The notes: generated by a model from the letters alone, not told the origin. A DNA stretch of 64,000 nucleotides from Candidatus Methylomirabilota bacterium (GCA_035569815.1 DATMMG010000184.1:4017-68016), one strand, 5' to 3'; shown: positions 37,520 to 48,400, counted from the first letter of the stretch. Program-made: numbers and translations.

Positions 37520-38311
37520 ATGTATCGAGCATTATATACAGCGGCCAGCGGGATGGAGACGCAGCAACTGAACCTGGAAAACGTGGCCAACAACCTGGCC
37601 AACGCGAGCACGGCGGGATTCCGCCGTCGTCGGCTGCAATTCCAGGACCTGGTGTACCAGAACCTGGTGATGCCGGGAGCGGCGAGCACGCAGCAGACGA
37701 CTTTTCCGACCGGGTTGCAGATCGGGTTGGGCGCGCGCACGGCGGCTTCGGAGATTATTCAAGCGCAGGGTGACTTTAATACTACGGGGAATCCGCTGGA
37801 CCTGACGATTCAGGGGCAGGGATTTTTCCAGGTGCAATTGCCGACGGGCGAGGTGGCGTACACGCGGTCGGGTGCGTTCCACCTGGATTCGACGGGCATC
37901 ATCGTGAATTCAGATGGAAACCAGCTACAGCCGGCGATCACCATTCCAGCGAGCGCGACGAACATTACGATCGGCACCGACGGTACGGTGAGCGTGACGC
38001 TTCCGGGCCAGCAGCAGGCACAGCAGGTAGGCAGCATACAACTGGCAACGTTTCCGAATCCGGGCGGGCTGAACAGCGTGGGAGGGAATTTGTCGCTGGA
38101 GACGACGGCGTCGGGCAATCCGATAGTCGGGACGCCAGGCGGCTCCGAAGGGCTGGGCACCATTCTGCAGGGGTCGCTAGAAAATTCGAACGTGGATGTG
38201 GTGGGAGAATTTATCCAAATGATTCTGGCGCAGAGGTCGTACGAGGCGAACTCGCGGGTTGTGCATGCCGCGGACCAGATGTTCCAGACGATCAACGGGC
38301 TGACGTCGTAA
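37520..38311 (+). CDS. flgG: Flagellar distal rod protein FlgG
   Basis: ALYTAASGM, FQDLVYQ, PTGLQIGLG, AQRSYEANS. Confidence 0.96.
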   Translation: MYRALYTAASGMETQQLNLENVANNLANASTAGFRRRRLQFQDLVYQNLVMPGAASTQQTTFPTGLQIGLGARTAASEIIQAQGDFNTTGNPLDLTIQGQGFFQVQLPTGEVAYTRSGAFHLDSTGIIVNSDGNQLQPAITIPASATNITIGTDGTVSVTLPGQQQAQQVGSIQLATFPNPGGLNSVGGNLSLETTASGNPIVGTPGGSEGLGTILQGSLENSNVDVVGEFIQMILAQRSYEANSRVVHAADQMFQTINGLTS

Positions 38312-38321
38312 GGACACGGGT

Positions 38322-38903
38322 ATGAGGAATAAAGGGAAATTCGCTGCGTGGCTGCTGCCGCTGATGCTGCTACCGCAATGCGCGGTGGCGGCGAACACTT
38401 CAAAGGCGGAAGTGCTGGCAGCGATTCAGACGGCGATGGGATCGCGCGGGTATGCGTTTCCGAAGGGCGTGTGCAGCGAGAAGCTGGAGCTGAACGTGAC
38501 GATTCCGGAGGGCAGTGGAACCGGGCTGATAGTTGCTTCGATGAAGTTCGACAACGGGCTGGGGCAGGCGCGATTCCTGTTGCGCTCGAGGGGGAATCGG
38601 AAGGCGCCGCCGTTTTATGCGTGGTGCACGTTTGCGGGAGCAGGTACGCGGGCGGCAGTTGGAGCCAAAAGCGATGAAACGGTGAGTGGCGGCAGCGGGG
38701 AGTCGGCGCTGGGACCAGTGCTGGTGGATGTGCACCGGATGGCAAATTTGTATTTGCACTCGGAGCATAGCGCGACGATGGTGCGAGTTCGGGCGCTGCA
38801 GAACGGGCACAAGGATGAGCGGATTCGCGTGAGGTTGCCGTTGCATGGGAAGACGGTGGAGGCGCGTGTGGTGGGAGCGGACGCGCTGGAGGCGACGTTT
38901 TAG
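38322..38903 (+). CDS. flgA: P-ring chaperone FlgA-like protein
   Basis: Signal peptide; RALQNG..ERIRVR...TVEARVVG C-terminus; position between flgG and flgH. Confidence 0.78.
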   Translation: MRNKGKFAAWLLPLMLLPQCAVAANTSKAEVLAAIQTAMGSRGYAFPKGVCSEKLELNVTIPEGSGTGLIVASMKFDNGLGQARFLLRSRGNRKAPPFYAWCTFAGAGTRAAVGAKSDETVSGGSGESALGPVLVDVHRMANLYLHSEHSATMVRVRALQNGHKDERIRVRLPLHGKTVEARVVGADALEATF

Positions 38904-38947
38904 AAAAAAGCGCCTGTCCGGTAGAGGCATTCGAGACAGTCAAAAAA

Positions 38948-39031
38948 GCGCCCGCCTCAGAAGGCGGCGGCTACGAAGGCAAGAGGGGCCACCCTTCCTT
39001 TGTCAGGGCAAGCACTGAACGTGGCCGCTAC
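38948..39031. repeat. Two GTAG-type REPs, the second interrupted by a 21-nt insert
   Basis: gcgcccgcctcagaaggcggcggctac; ggccac[ccttcctttgtcagggcaagc]actgaacgtggccgctac. Confidence 0.75.
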
Positions 39032-39045
39032 GCGAGGAGGATGGG

Positions 39046-39759
39046 GTGAGAAAAATTCTGGTGATTGCAGCGGTGGCCGTGGCCGGGAGCTTTTTTGCGG
39101 CTGCGGGCGAGGCTTTGCCGAAGTGGAAGAAGGACAAAGGGCCACAGACTTCAACCGTTTACGACGACTACATCAAACAGGTGCGCGAAATGAATCCGGC
39201 GGCGCCGAATACCACGGGAAGTTTGTGGGTGGACTCGAGTGCGTTGGCGCATATGGCCGGGGATTACAAAGCGAGACAGCCGGGGGACCTGGTAACAATT
39301 CACCTGGTGGACAATTTCACGGCGGGAACGAATGGGGAGAACAAACAATCGCGGCAGTTTTCGCTGCTCTCGGCGGTTTCGGGGCTGTTTGGAGCTTTAG
39401 GGACCAACAACCGGATGCAGAATCTGGCGAACGTGAACTCGAGCCATAGTCTGGACGGCAAGGGGCAGTCGTCGATGAGTTCGAACGTCACATTGAATCT
39501 GGCGGCGCAAGTGATGGAAACGCTGCCGAACGGGGTGCTGGTGGTGCAGGCGGCGAGGGATATCACGCTGGGGAACGACCGGCAGACGGTCTTTGTGCGG
39601 GGATTGGTGCGGCCGGGGGACCTGGCGCCGGATAATTCGGTGACGTCGACGCTGGTGTCTGATTTGCAGGTGGAGATCAAGGGCAAGGGTGCGGTGGCGG
39701 ATGCGTCGCGGCAGCCGAATTTTATTGTGAATGCGCTGGTGAAGTTGTTGTCGTTTTAG
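39046..39759 (+). CDS. flgH: Flagellar L-ring protein FlgH
   Basis: GSLW, KARQPGDLVTI, LPNGVL, GLVRPGDL..DNSV.S. Confidence 0.94.
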   Translation: MRKILVIAAVAVAGSFFAAAGEALPKWKKDKGPQTSTVYDDYIKQVREMNPAAPNTTGSLWVDSSALAHMAGDYKARQPGDLVTIHLVDNFTAGTNGENKQSRQFSLLSAVSGLFGALGTNNRMQNLANVNSSHSLDGKGQSSMSSNVTLNLAAQVMETLPNGVLVVQAARDITLGNDRQTVFVRGLVRPGDLAPDNSVTSTLVSDLQVEIKGKGAVADASRQPNFIVNALVKLLSF

Positions 39760-39775
39760 GAGAAAGAAAAATCAA

Positions 39776-39814
39776 AGCAGAGTTCGCTGAGAGCGCAGAG
39801 TTCGCAGAGAAGAG
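39776..39814 (+). repeat. CAGAG purine-rich 9-mer repeat
   Basis: gcagagttcgctgagagcgcagagttcgcagagaagag. Confidence 0.7.
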
Positions 39815-39832
39815 TAGATCAGGAGAAATCCA

Positions 39833-40975
39833 TTGTTCAGGAAAATCACGGCGGTGATTTTGGCGGGGGCGGCGGGAATGATGTCCGCGGGGACGTTCGC
39901 CGCGGATGAGCCGACGGCGCCGGTTACCCATTTGGCGCGGTTGAAGGATATCAGCAATTTTGAGGGGATACGCGACAACCAGTTGATCGGCTATGGGCTC
40001 GTGGTGGGCTTGAACGGGACGGGCGACAAGCAGCAGACGATTTTTTCGGTGCAGACGCTGGGGAATATGCTGCAGCGGATGGGCATCAGCATCCAGGGCC
40101 AGATTTCGACGATTCAGGTGCGGAATATCGCGGCAGTGTTCGTGACGGCTACGTTGCCGCCGTTTGCGCGGCCGGGGATGAAGATTGACGTGACGATTTC
40201 ATCGATTGGCGATGCGAAGAGCCTTTCTGGGGGAACGCTGTTAATGACGCCGCTGTCGGCGGCAGATGGAAAAATTTATGCGGCGGCGCAGGGGCCGCTG
40301 GTGATCGGCGGCTACAGCGCGGGACCGGCATCGAATGCGAAGGTGGTGAACCATCCGACGGTGGGGCGGATACCGGATGGAGCGCTGGTGGAGCGGGACG
40401 CTTCGCTGGACCTGACACAAATGAAGATGGTGGAAGTGCTTTTGCGCGACGCGGATTTTGAGACGGCGGAAGAGACCGCGGCGGTGATCAACGAGAAGCT
40501 GGGAGGAAATCTGGCGCGGGTGGTGAACAGCCGGAGGATTGAAATTGCGGATCTGCAGGCGGCGGGAGGGGAATTACCCGCACTGCTGGCAAAGATCGGG
40601 GAATTGCCGGTGCATACGAAGCCGGCGGCGAAAGTGGTGGTCAACGAGAGAACGGGGACGGTGGTGATGGGCGGAAACGTAACCATCAGCGCTTGCGCGA
40701 TATTGCATGGGAATCTGTCGATCCAGGTCACGACAGATTTCAAGGTGTCGCAGCCGGAGCCATTCTCGAAGAACGGCGATACGAAGGTGGTTCCGCAGAC
40801 AACGGTGCAGACGACGGAGTCGCCGGTGCAGGTGGTGCAGTTGAGGGAAGGCGCGACGGTGGAAGAGCTGGTGCGTGGGCTGCAGACAATGGGAGCGACG
40901 GCGCGAGACGTGGTGGCGATACTGCAGGGGATCAAACAGGCCGGGGCGTTGAACGCCGATCTGGAGGTTTTGTGA
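39833..40975 (+). CDS. flgI: Flagellar P-ring protein FlgI
   Basis: RLKDI, RDNQLIGYGLVVGLNGTGD, VVNERTGTVV, AGALNADL. Confidence 0.97.
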   Translation: MFRKITAVILAGAAGMMSAGTFAADEPTAPVTHLARLKDISNFEGIRDNQLIGYGLVVGLNGTGDKQQTIFSVQTLGNMLQRMGISIQGQISTIQVRNIAAVFVTATLPPFARPGMKIDVTISSIGDAKSLSGGTLLMTPLSAADGKIYAAAQGPLVIGGYSAGPASNAKVVNHPTVGRIPDGALVERDASLDLTQMKMVEVLLRDADFETAEETAAVINEKLGGNLARVVNSRRIEIADLQAAGGELPALLAKIGELPVHTKPAAKVVVNERTGTVVMGGNVTISACAILHGNLSIQVTTDFKVSQPEPFSKNGDTKVVPQTTVQTTESPVQVVQLREGATVEELVRGLQTMGATARDVVAILQGIKQAGALNADLEVL

Positions 40976-40980
40976 GTGGA

Positions 40981-41379
40981 ATGGCGGGAATCGATTTGGG
41001 CCAGGAGGCAGGTGCGGCACAGAAGCCGGAGGCGACCCCGACGGCTGGGACGGAGTCTGCCGCGAAGAAGCTTTCGCCGGTGCAGGAGGCGAAGCTGAAG
41101 AAGGCCGGGGCGGAGTTCGAATCGATAATGCTTTCCACATTTTGGAAATCGATGAAAGGGAGTTTTGGGGACGAGGACGAGGATTCGACTGACCCGGCGC
41201 ATGACACGCTGGAGGATATGGGGATCCAGGCGATGTCCACAGCAGTGGGAAGAGCGGGTGGATTGGGCTTGAGCAAGTTGATTCTAAGGCACTTAGACCC
41301 GGGAATGGGGCCGCAGCTGGTTGGCCAAGGGCAACTGAGAATTAAACCATTGAGGAGTTCTGCCGATAAGGAACAGTGA
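40981..41379 (+). CDS. flgJ: FlgJ rod-binding domain protein (no muramidase domain)
   Basis: LKKAGAEFESIML...GGLGLSKLI; follows flgI. Confidence 0.8.
   Translation: MAGIDLGQEAGAAQKPEATPTAGTESAAKKLSPVQEAKLKKAGAEFESIMLSTFWKSMKGSFGDEDEDSTDPAHDTLEDMGIQAMSTAVGRAGGLGLSKLILRHLDPGMGPQLVGQGQLRIKPLRSSADKEQ
41343..41369 (+). promoter_or_regulatory. sigma28 promoter TAAA-N15-GCCGATAA for flgM
   Basis: Perfect consensus; a weaker tandem copy TAAAGTTT-N11-ATCGATCG lies at 41407-41433. Confidence 0.82.
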
Positions 41380-41494
41380 GGTGCCAAGACAAGGGCCCTG
41401 GGGAATTAAAGTTTTCTCAGTTTTTATCGATCGGTACTTCAAAGGCAGGGAGAATCTATTGGTTCTCTCGTAACGAGAAGGCAAGGAGTTGGTT

Positions 41495-41818
41495 ATGAAA
41501 ATCGACCCCAAACTACCGGCGAACGGCGAACTGCAGAGCGACCGGGTAAAGAATTCGGCGGGTGCCGGAGTGCCGGCACAGGGCCAAGCCAAGAGTGCAG
41601 GCACGACCGCAGCCAAGACAGAGGATACATTCCAACCCTCGGGGCGTGGAGCGGAAGTGCAGAAACTGGCGGCGCAGGCGGCAACGTTGCCGGATGTGCG
41701 AGCGGAAAAGGTTGCGCCGCTGCAGGCGAAGGTGGAAAGCGGCCTGTACAACCCGGACAGCAAGAGAGTGGCCGACGCCCTGATCGCGGATGAGAGCGGC
41801 AAAGCCTCGAAGAGGTAA
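41495..41818 (+). CDS. flgM: Anti-sigma28 factor FlgM
   Basis: PDVRAEKVAPLQAKVESGLY.PD...VADAL. Confidence 0.92.
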   Translation: MKIDPKLPANGELQSDRVKNSAGAGVPAQGQAKSAGTTAAKTEDTFQPSGRGAEVQKLAAQAATLPDVRAEKVAPLQAKVESGLYNPDSKRVADALIADESGKASKR

Positions 41819-41839
41819 TTAGGAAAGCGGCGGGGTGGC

Positions 41840-42037
41840 GTGATGAACGGGATGGGACCAGCACCGACAGCGCGATTGGAGCCGGTTCGATCCGAGGACC
41901 GGGAGCAGCAAGGGAAGCAGCAGCGAAAGGAGAATCGCGAGGCGCACGAAAAGAAGATTCCCGGGAATGTTGAAGAAGATCGCGTGGAAGTGGCGACGGC
42001 GGAGCCGGAACAGCACGAACTGGATGAGCGAGCTTAG
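41840..42037 (+). CDS. Small charged hypothetical protein
   Basis: 65-aa ORF filling the flgM-flgN gap; its stop is 3 nt before the flgN start. Confidence 0.6.
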   Translation: MMNGMGPAPTARLEPVRSEDREQQGKQQRKENREAHEKKIPGNVEEDRVEVATAEPEQHELDERA

Positions 42038-42040
42038 GCG

Positions 42041-42472
42041 ATGAGCCCAGAGAAACCAACCTACCGGGGACTATTGGAGCAGGAGATTGGCCTATTGGAT
42101 GGGCTTGCGGCCGCACTGACGGCGGCGAAAGCGGCAATCGTTTCCTGCAAGATCGAAGAACTAGAGGAGAGCACGCTGATCCAACAGCATTTATGCGCGC
42201 AGTTGGAGACGGCTCACGCGGAAATGCGCCGCGTGTCGCCCCAGGCAGCAGGCGAGGGGCATGAAGAGGAAACGGTTGCGGAACTGCGCGCGAGGTGGCA
42301 AAAGGCGCAAGCGATATTGCAGCAACTGAACAAGGAAGTGCAGGGGGTGCTGTGGCGTTCCCAGAAAACGGTGAATGCGCTGGTGAATGCATTCCGCATG
42401 CTTGAAGGCAGTTATGCCGCGGAAGCATTGAAGCAGGCAGTGCGCAGCAGCGCGATACAGGAGCGCGCCTAG
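42041..42472 (+). CDS. flgN: FlgN-like export chaperone
   Basis: All-helical; LQQLN.....L and C-terminal GSY; position before flgK. Confidence 0.72.
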   Translation: MSPEKPTYRGLLEQEIGLLDGLAAALTAAKAAIVSCKIEELEESTLIQQHLCAQLETAHAEMRRVSPQAAGEGHEEETVAELRARWQKAQAILQQLNKEVQGVLWRSQKTVNALVNAFRMLEGSYAAEALKQAVRSSAIQERA

Positions 42473-42474
42473 AC

Positions 42475-43863
42475 ATGGGATCACTTTCCGCGAGTCTGAA
42501 TATCGCCGTAGGATCTTTGCTGGCCGAACAAGGGGCCATCGAAACGACGAGCAATAACATCGCGAACGTGACCACGCCCGGATATTCGAGGCAGCGGGCG
42601 GATCTGACGGAGACTTCGCCGATTGAGGTCGGAAACCTGACGCTAGGTACGGGCGTGCAACTGCAGGATGTGACGAGCCTGCGGGATTCGATTCTGGATT
42701 TACGAGTGAATCAGGAGACGCAACAGCAGGGGAAGCTGAACGCGTTCATCGGCGGCGGGCAACAAATTCAGTCGCTGTTCAATGAAACATCGGGCACAGG
42801 ATTGCAAGCGCCACTGACGGCATTGTTCAACAGTTTCCAGCAGTTGAGCGTGAATCCGAGCGACCTGACGACGCGGCAGAGCGTGATAACGTCGGCGCAA
42901 AATCTGGCGCAAGCGTTAAACCAGACTTCGAATAATCTGACGACACAGCAGCAGAACACAGACCTGGCGGTGAAGCAGTCCGTGGAGCAGATCAACAGCT
43001 TGACCACGCAGATTGCCCAGGTGAACCTGCAGGTGGCGGGTGCAGCGGGCACCGGCGCCAACGCAGGGCCGTTCATTGACCAGCGGCAACAGTTGATCAA
43101 CCAGCTGTCGAGTTATGTGGATGTCTCCACGGTGGATGCGGGCGGGGGAAGCGTGACGCTGACGACGAGCGCCGGCACGCCCCTGGTGGTTGGCGGACAG
43201 AGCTTTGCGTTGAGCACGCAGCCGAATGCGACAACGGGATTCCAGGACATTTATTCCGGGAGCACGAATATCACCTCGCAGATCACGGAAGGACAACTTG
43301 CGGGGCAGCTGCAACTGCGGGATCAGGAGATCCCCAGCATACGCAATTCGCTGGATACGCTGGCGTATAACCTATCGAACGCGGTGAACACGCAGCAGCA
43401 GGCGGGATATGACTTGAGTGGGACGGCTGGTGGGCCGTTGTTTACGCCCTTGACGCAGCAGGCGGGCGCCGCGGCTGCGTCGAAGGTGGCGATCACCGAT
43501 CCAAATAAAATTGCGGCCAGCGGCGGGCCTGCGCCAGGAAATTCCGGAGACAACACGAATGCGAATGCGCTGCTGGCGCTGCAGAACCAGCAGATTGTGA
43601 GCGGACAAACGCCGATTGGCTATTACGGCGGTTTGGTATTTCAGGTAGGCAACGACGTTTCGAGCGCGCAGACGCAGCAGCAATCGGGGAGCCTGGTGCT
43701 GCAACAGATCCAGAATTTACAGGGCGAAGTTTCGGGAGTGGATATCAACGAGGAAGCGGCGAACCTGGTGAGATACCAGAACGCGTACCAGGCTTCGGCG
43801 CAAGTGACGTCCATCATCAATACGTTGATGCTAGCGACGATCAATATGGCTTCGGGAGTTTAA
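42475..43863 (+). CDS. flgK: Hook-associated protein FlgK
   Basis: NNIANVTTPGYSRQ, SGVDINEEAANLVRYQNAYQASA. Confidence 0.96.
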   Translation: MGSLSASLNIAVGSLLAEQGAIETTSNNIANVTTPGYSRQRADLTETSPIEVGNLTLGTGVQLQDVTSLRDSILDLRVNQETQQQGKLNAFIGGGQQIQSLFNETSGTGLQAPLTALFNSFQQLSVNPSDLTTRQSVITSAQNLAQALNQTSNNLTTQQQNTDLAVKQSVEQINSLTTQIAQVNLQVAGAAGTGANAGPFIDQRQQLINQLSSYVDVSTVDAGGGSVTLTTSAGTPLVVGGQSFALSTQPNATTGFQDIYSGSTNITSQITEGQLAGQLQLRDQEIPSIRNSLDTLAYNLSNAVNTQQQAGYDLSGTAGGPLFTPLTQQAGAAAASKVAITDPNKIAASGGPAPGNSGDNTNANALLALQNQQIVSGQTPIGYYGGLVFQVGNDVSSAQTQQQSGSLVLQQIQNLQGEVSGVDINEEAANLVRYQNAYQASAQVTSIINTLMLATINMASGV

Positions 43864-43867
43864 GAAC

Positions 43868-44761
43868 ATGGCCATCCGACTGAATCCGGATCTATTGCCG
43901 AGCCTGCTGGCATCCATCCAGGAAAGCAAGCAGAGCGAGACGGTTGCGACGCAGGAACTAGCGAGCGGGCGGAGCGTGAACCAACTGTCGGATAACCCGA
44001 TTGCGGCCGCATCGCTGGTGCAGAATCACGATCAGGCCGGGGCGGACGGGCAATTTCTGCAGAACCTGAGCACGTTGCAATCGAAATATCAGGTGGCGGA
44101 CAGTACGCTGGGCGACGTGGTTTCCGCGCTGACGCGGGCGCTGAGCCTGGGAACCGAAGGGGCAAACGGGACATTGAACTCCGCGGACCGGCAGGCAATC
44201 GCGGGGGAAGTGCAGGGATTGCTAAACCAGACGGTTTCGCTGGCGAATGCGAATTACCAGGGAGCATTTTTGTTTGCGGGGACGAAGGTGAGCGCGCAGC
44301 CGTTTACGCTGGACCCGAACACCAACACAGTGACATACAACGGCAATTCGGCGACCACGAGCGTGGAGCTGTCGAACGGAGATTCGATCAGCGCGAATTT
44401 GCCGGGGAACCAGTTATTCCAGAATGCTTCGGGGAGCGTGACCGGTGCGTTGCAGGATCTGTACAGCGCGCTGACGACGGGCACGAATATTCCGGCGAGC
44501 GTGACGGAAGTGCAGAACGCGCTGAACCAGGTGAACCAGCAGCGAGTGTTCTACGGAAATAATCTGAACCAGATCAGCTTGAGCGAATCGTTTCTGAGCC
44601 AGGACCAATTGAATTTGAGCCAGCAGGAAAACAGTCTGGTGGGAGCGGACCTGGCGGCCGTGGCGACCAATTTTGCGCAGGCGCAGGTGGCGAACCAGGC
44701 GACGTTGAACGCGACGGCGCGAGTACTGGGATTGCCAACGTTGCTGGATTTCCTGAAGTAA
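43868..44761 (+). CDS. flgL: Hook-associated protein FlgL
   Basis: LASGRSVNQLSDNP, ANGT...DRQAIA, FLFAG, TLLDFLK. Confidence 0.94.
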   Translation: MAIRLNPDLLPSLLASIQESKQSETVATQELASGRSVNQLSDNPIAAASLVQNHDQAGADGQFLQNLSTLQSKYQVADSTLGDVVSALTRALSLGTEGANGTLNSADRQAIAGEVQGLLNQTVSLANANYQGAFLFAGTKVSAQPFTLDPNTNTVTYNGNSATTSVELSNGDSISANLPGNQLFQNASGSVTGALQDLYSALTTGTNIPASVTEVQNALNQVNQQRVFYGNNLNQISLSESFLSQDQLNLSQQENSLVGADLAAVATNFAQAQVANQATLNATARVLGLPTLLDFLK

Positions 44762-44886
44762 ATTCCCGATTCCGATTCCTCGGAATCCGTGAACAATCCT
44801 TTAAGCAATTCTTGAGTGATGCAGCCGGCTGGCGTTTGCCGGAAGCGTTGGGGGACGTGTGCGTCTGAATTTTGTGTGTCTGGGAA

Positions 44887-45051
44887 GTTGAGATCCTTCA
44901 GGTGCGAACGGCAAGCCTTCAGGATGGCAGTTTTTGGTTTGGCGTGGGTGAAACGTGGAGGACGGGGAGAACCTAATGGCGTGGGCGAAAATCACCCGCC
45001 CCGCAAAGGCATTCGGGGTCCAAAAACCGGACTTCAGAAGGCAGCCGCTAC
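44887..45051. repeat. Repeat cluster (GAGATCCT...CAGGATGGCA hairpin plus degenerate GTAG REP)
   Basis: gttgagatccttcaggtgcgaacggcaagccttcaggatggca; cagaaggcagccgctac. Confidence 0.65.
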
Positions 45052-45083
45052 AAAGTCCCGGAGGTAGCGGAAATTTCCATTGT

Positions 45084-45097
45084 TCTAATCGGTTATA
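45084..45097. promoter_or_regulatory. Candidate auxiliary LacI-family operator TCTAATCGGTTATA
   Basis: Two mismatches to the reverse complement of the 45297 site. Confidence 0.5.
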
Positions 45098-45256
45098 GGA
45101 ATGAAGGGTCACGGGGTGGTGATGCGGGCCAGCGGGCGCGTGCCGGCAACTGCCGGGCCGTGTAATGGCGAGCAGATATTACGGGGATTTAGGGGATATT
45201 GAAACGATTTGACAGTCGGATTTCGTCCGAGACAAAAGGCGAAGCGGCAAAACTTC

Positions 45257-45285
45257 TTGACAAAGCGGGGACGCTGAACTATAAC
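45257..45285 (+). promoter_or_regulatory. sigma70 promoter TTGACA-N17-TATAAC for the TonB receptor operon
   Basis: Near-perfect consensus. Confidence 0.82.
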
Positions 45286-45296
45286 GCGTGCCAAGC

Positions 45297-45310
45297 GATA
45301 ACCGGTTAGA
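45297..45310. promoter_or_regulatory. LacI-family operator GATAACCGGTTAGA
   Basis: CG-centred palindrome TAACCGGTTA just downstream of the -10. Confidence 0.68.
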
Positions 45311-45421
45311 ATCCGACGGCAAGCGGAAAAGGAACGGTGCGAACAGGTGCGCTGCCGGATGCCGGAGGGCCACGAGGCCGAAAACGGGGTTGGAGTCATA
45401 AGAGTTCACTCGGAGGGGAAA

Positions 45422-48400
45422 ATGCAAGTCACGCGACTTCGCACGTGTGTTTGGGTATTGGTGTTGGCGCTTGCGGTTTTGTTCTGTGGACGGCTGAACG
45501 CCGGTGTAACGGCGAGCATTTCCGGGACAGTGACGGATGCAAGCGGCGCGGCGGTGGTGGGAGCAGCGGTGATCGCGACGAATCTGGAGACCGGGCTCGC
45601 CACGACGCAGACGACAAACGGGCAGGGATATTACTCGTTCCAGTCACTGGCGCTGGGGAAATACACGATTGACGTGCAGCATAAGGGATTCAAGGCGTAC
45701 CAGAAAACGGGAATTGTTCTGGAAGTAAACGACGCGCAGGTGGTAGACGTCCCGTTGCAGGTTGGGCAGAGTACAGAGAAAGTGGTGGTGGAGAGCGACG
45801 CGCTGCACGTGGAAACATCGAATACGCAGATGGGTGAAGTGATTGAAGGAAAGCAGATGACGGATGTGCCGCTACTAACGCGGAGTTTCACGGACCTGCT
45901 GTTCCTGCAACCTGGAGTAATTAACACGGCGTCCGGGATGTCCGGCGCGTATGCGGGCAGCTTTATTTCGGCGGGGTTTGCGTTGCCGCAGATTTCCGGT
46001 GACCAGAATTCCGGGGCGCAATCGGTGAATGGGATGCGCGAAGCGGCGAACGGGTTCATCCTCAACGGGCTGCTGGCGCAGGAGTCCGGCTATTCGGGAG
46101 CGGGAGCGATTCCGAACCTGGACTCGCTTGCAGAGTTCCGGATTTTGACGAATAACGCGGATGCCGAGTACGGGAACTATGCGGGCGGGCTGATCAACGT
46201 GGTGACAAAATCGGGTTCGAACAATTTCCACGGGAATGCGTTCGAATTTTTCCGGAACACGGACCTGAACACCGCGAATTTTTTCGCGGCCGGGCAGCGA
46301 GGGGCGTATCACCAGAATCAGTTCGGAGGCACCGTGGGCGGGCCGATCAAGAAGGATAAGCTGTTTTTCTTCGCAGATTACCAAGGGAACCGGCAGGTCG
46401 TCGGAGAAACGCAGGTAATTTCGAATGCGCCGGCGGAGACGCTGCTGCAGAACGGGAATCTTTCGTCGGTGTCGAGCGCGCTCACGGGAACCGTGCAGGG
46501 AACGGCGTGGGCGAACGAACTGACGACCCAGCTTGCGAATCAATTGGGCGGACAGACGGTTACCCCCGGGGAAGCTTACTACGCCCCGGGATGCACGGCG
46601 GATGGGGCGGGAGGAACCACGAAGTGCGTGTTTCCGACGTTGACGTTGAACCCGGCGAATTTCAATGGTATCTCCTCCAAACTTTTGCCCTTCATTCTGC
46701 CGCCGAACAATGCGAACGGAACGTTTTCGACGAGCGCACAAAAGCTGGACCTGACGGACAACAAGTTCAGCGGGCGAGTGGATGCCAACACGCATTTCGG
46801 GCTGTTGACGGCGTACTACTATTTCGACAAATTCGACAGAGTGGATCCTTACTGGGCGTCGAACGCACCGCTGTATCCGGGATTCAGCGTAGACAGCAAC
46901 GGGCACACGCACACGATTGACCTCGGGAACACGAAGACCTTTTCCTCGGCGGCGGTGAACGAGTTCCGGCTAGGGTATTTCCGGCTGGACACGAAGTTCA
47001 ACCAGCCGCTGGGTGGAACGGGAACGACGCTGGCAAGCCTGGGATTCGCGCCGGGAGGGTCACCGACTTCGCCGGGAGTCACAGTGGGAGCACCCAGCGT
47101 GCAGGGAGTTCCGGAAATCGACTTCAACAACTGGGTGATCGGGGTGCCCAGCCGTCCGAACCGGATCACTGAAAACATTTACCAGGCGATGGACAACTAC
47201 ACCCGGGTATTCGGCAAGCATACGTTGAAGGTCGGGGTGCAATATCACTTCAACCAGTTGGAAGAAAACCTGTTCAATGTGGCGAACGGGAACTTTTTCT
47301 TCGGCAGCAATTTCAGCGGGCAGCCGAGCGAAACGGGAAGCGACATCGTGGACTTCTTGTTGGGAGCGCCGACGCAGTTCGTGCAAGGGCAGTCATACCC
47401 CTCCTATGGGCGGACCTATTACTTCGGCGCGTTCGCACAGGACAGCTGGCGCGTGAAGTCGAACCTGACGTTCAATTACGGATTGCGGTATGACGTGAGC
47501 GCGCCGTGGCGTGAAAAGTACAACGAGATCCAGACGCTGATTCCGGGGGAGCAGTCGGTGGTGTTTCCGGGATCGCCGATCGGCTGGGTATTTCCGGGAG
47601 ATCCCGGTGTGCCGCGGAGCCTTGCGCCGACGCGGTGGAACAATTTCGCGCCGAGGTTGGGGCTGGCATATTCCTTCGGGGAGCATGAAGGGATGCTGGG
47701 GAAGGTGGTGGGTAAGCCGGGGTCCACGAGCGTCCGCGTAGGATGGGGAATGTTCTACAACACGTTTGAGGGCGCGACGGACTTCAACGAAATCGGGGAT
47801 GCGCCGTTTGGGAATTACACAGGGCAAAATCAGCCGAGCTTCGCGTCGCCGTTCCTTCAGCGGGGCAGCGGGTCCCTGGTCTCAAATCCATTTCCTGTAG
47901 CGCCGCCGCCGAAGAATTTTTCAGCCAAAAATCCGGCGACAGGGTTCCCGTACGACAATCTGTTCGATTTCTTCAACGCGTTCGGAACGATCGGAAGCTC
48001 GCCGGCGTTCAACAATCATAACCGGCTGCCGTACGCGGAGCATTATGAATTGTCAATCCAGCGAGAACTCACACCCTCGGACCTGCTGACGGTGAGCTAC
48101 GTTGGCACGCAAGGTCACCGATTGCTGTCGTCGATATCGGCGAATCCGGGGATTCCGTCACTTTGCCTGCAACTGCAATCAGCGGGCTGCGGGCCGGGTG
48201 GGGAGAACAACATCTATACGCTAGGTGGGGTCACCTATGCAGGAACGCGGGGGCCGTTCAGCACGCCGTATATCAATACGCCGATACCGACGCCGACGGG
48301 GCCGCAGTTCATCGTGCCGTTTGGAAACGATTCGTACTTCAGCACCATCGGGAATTCGGTATACAACTCGGCGCAGATCAGCTGGAAACATACGGCAAAG

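Noticed and set aside
44768-44787. Hairpin gattccga/tcggaatc after flgL as a terminator
   Set aside because: No following T tract
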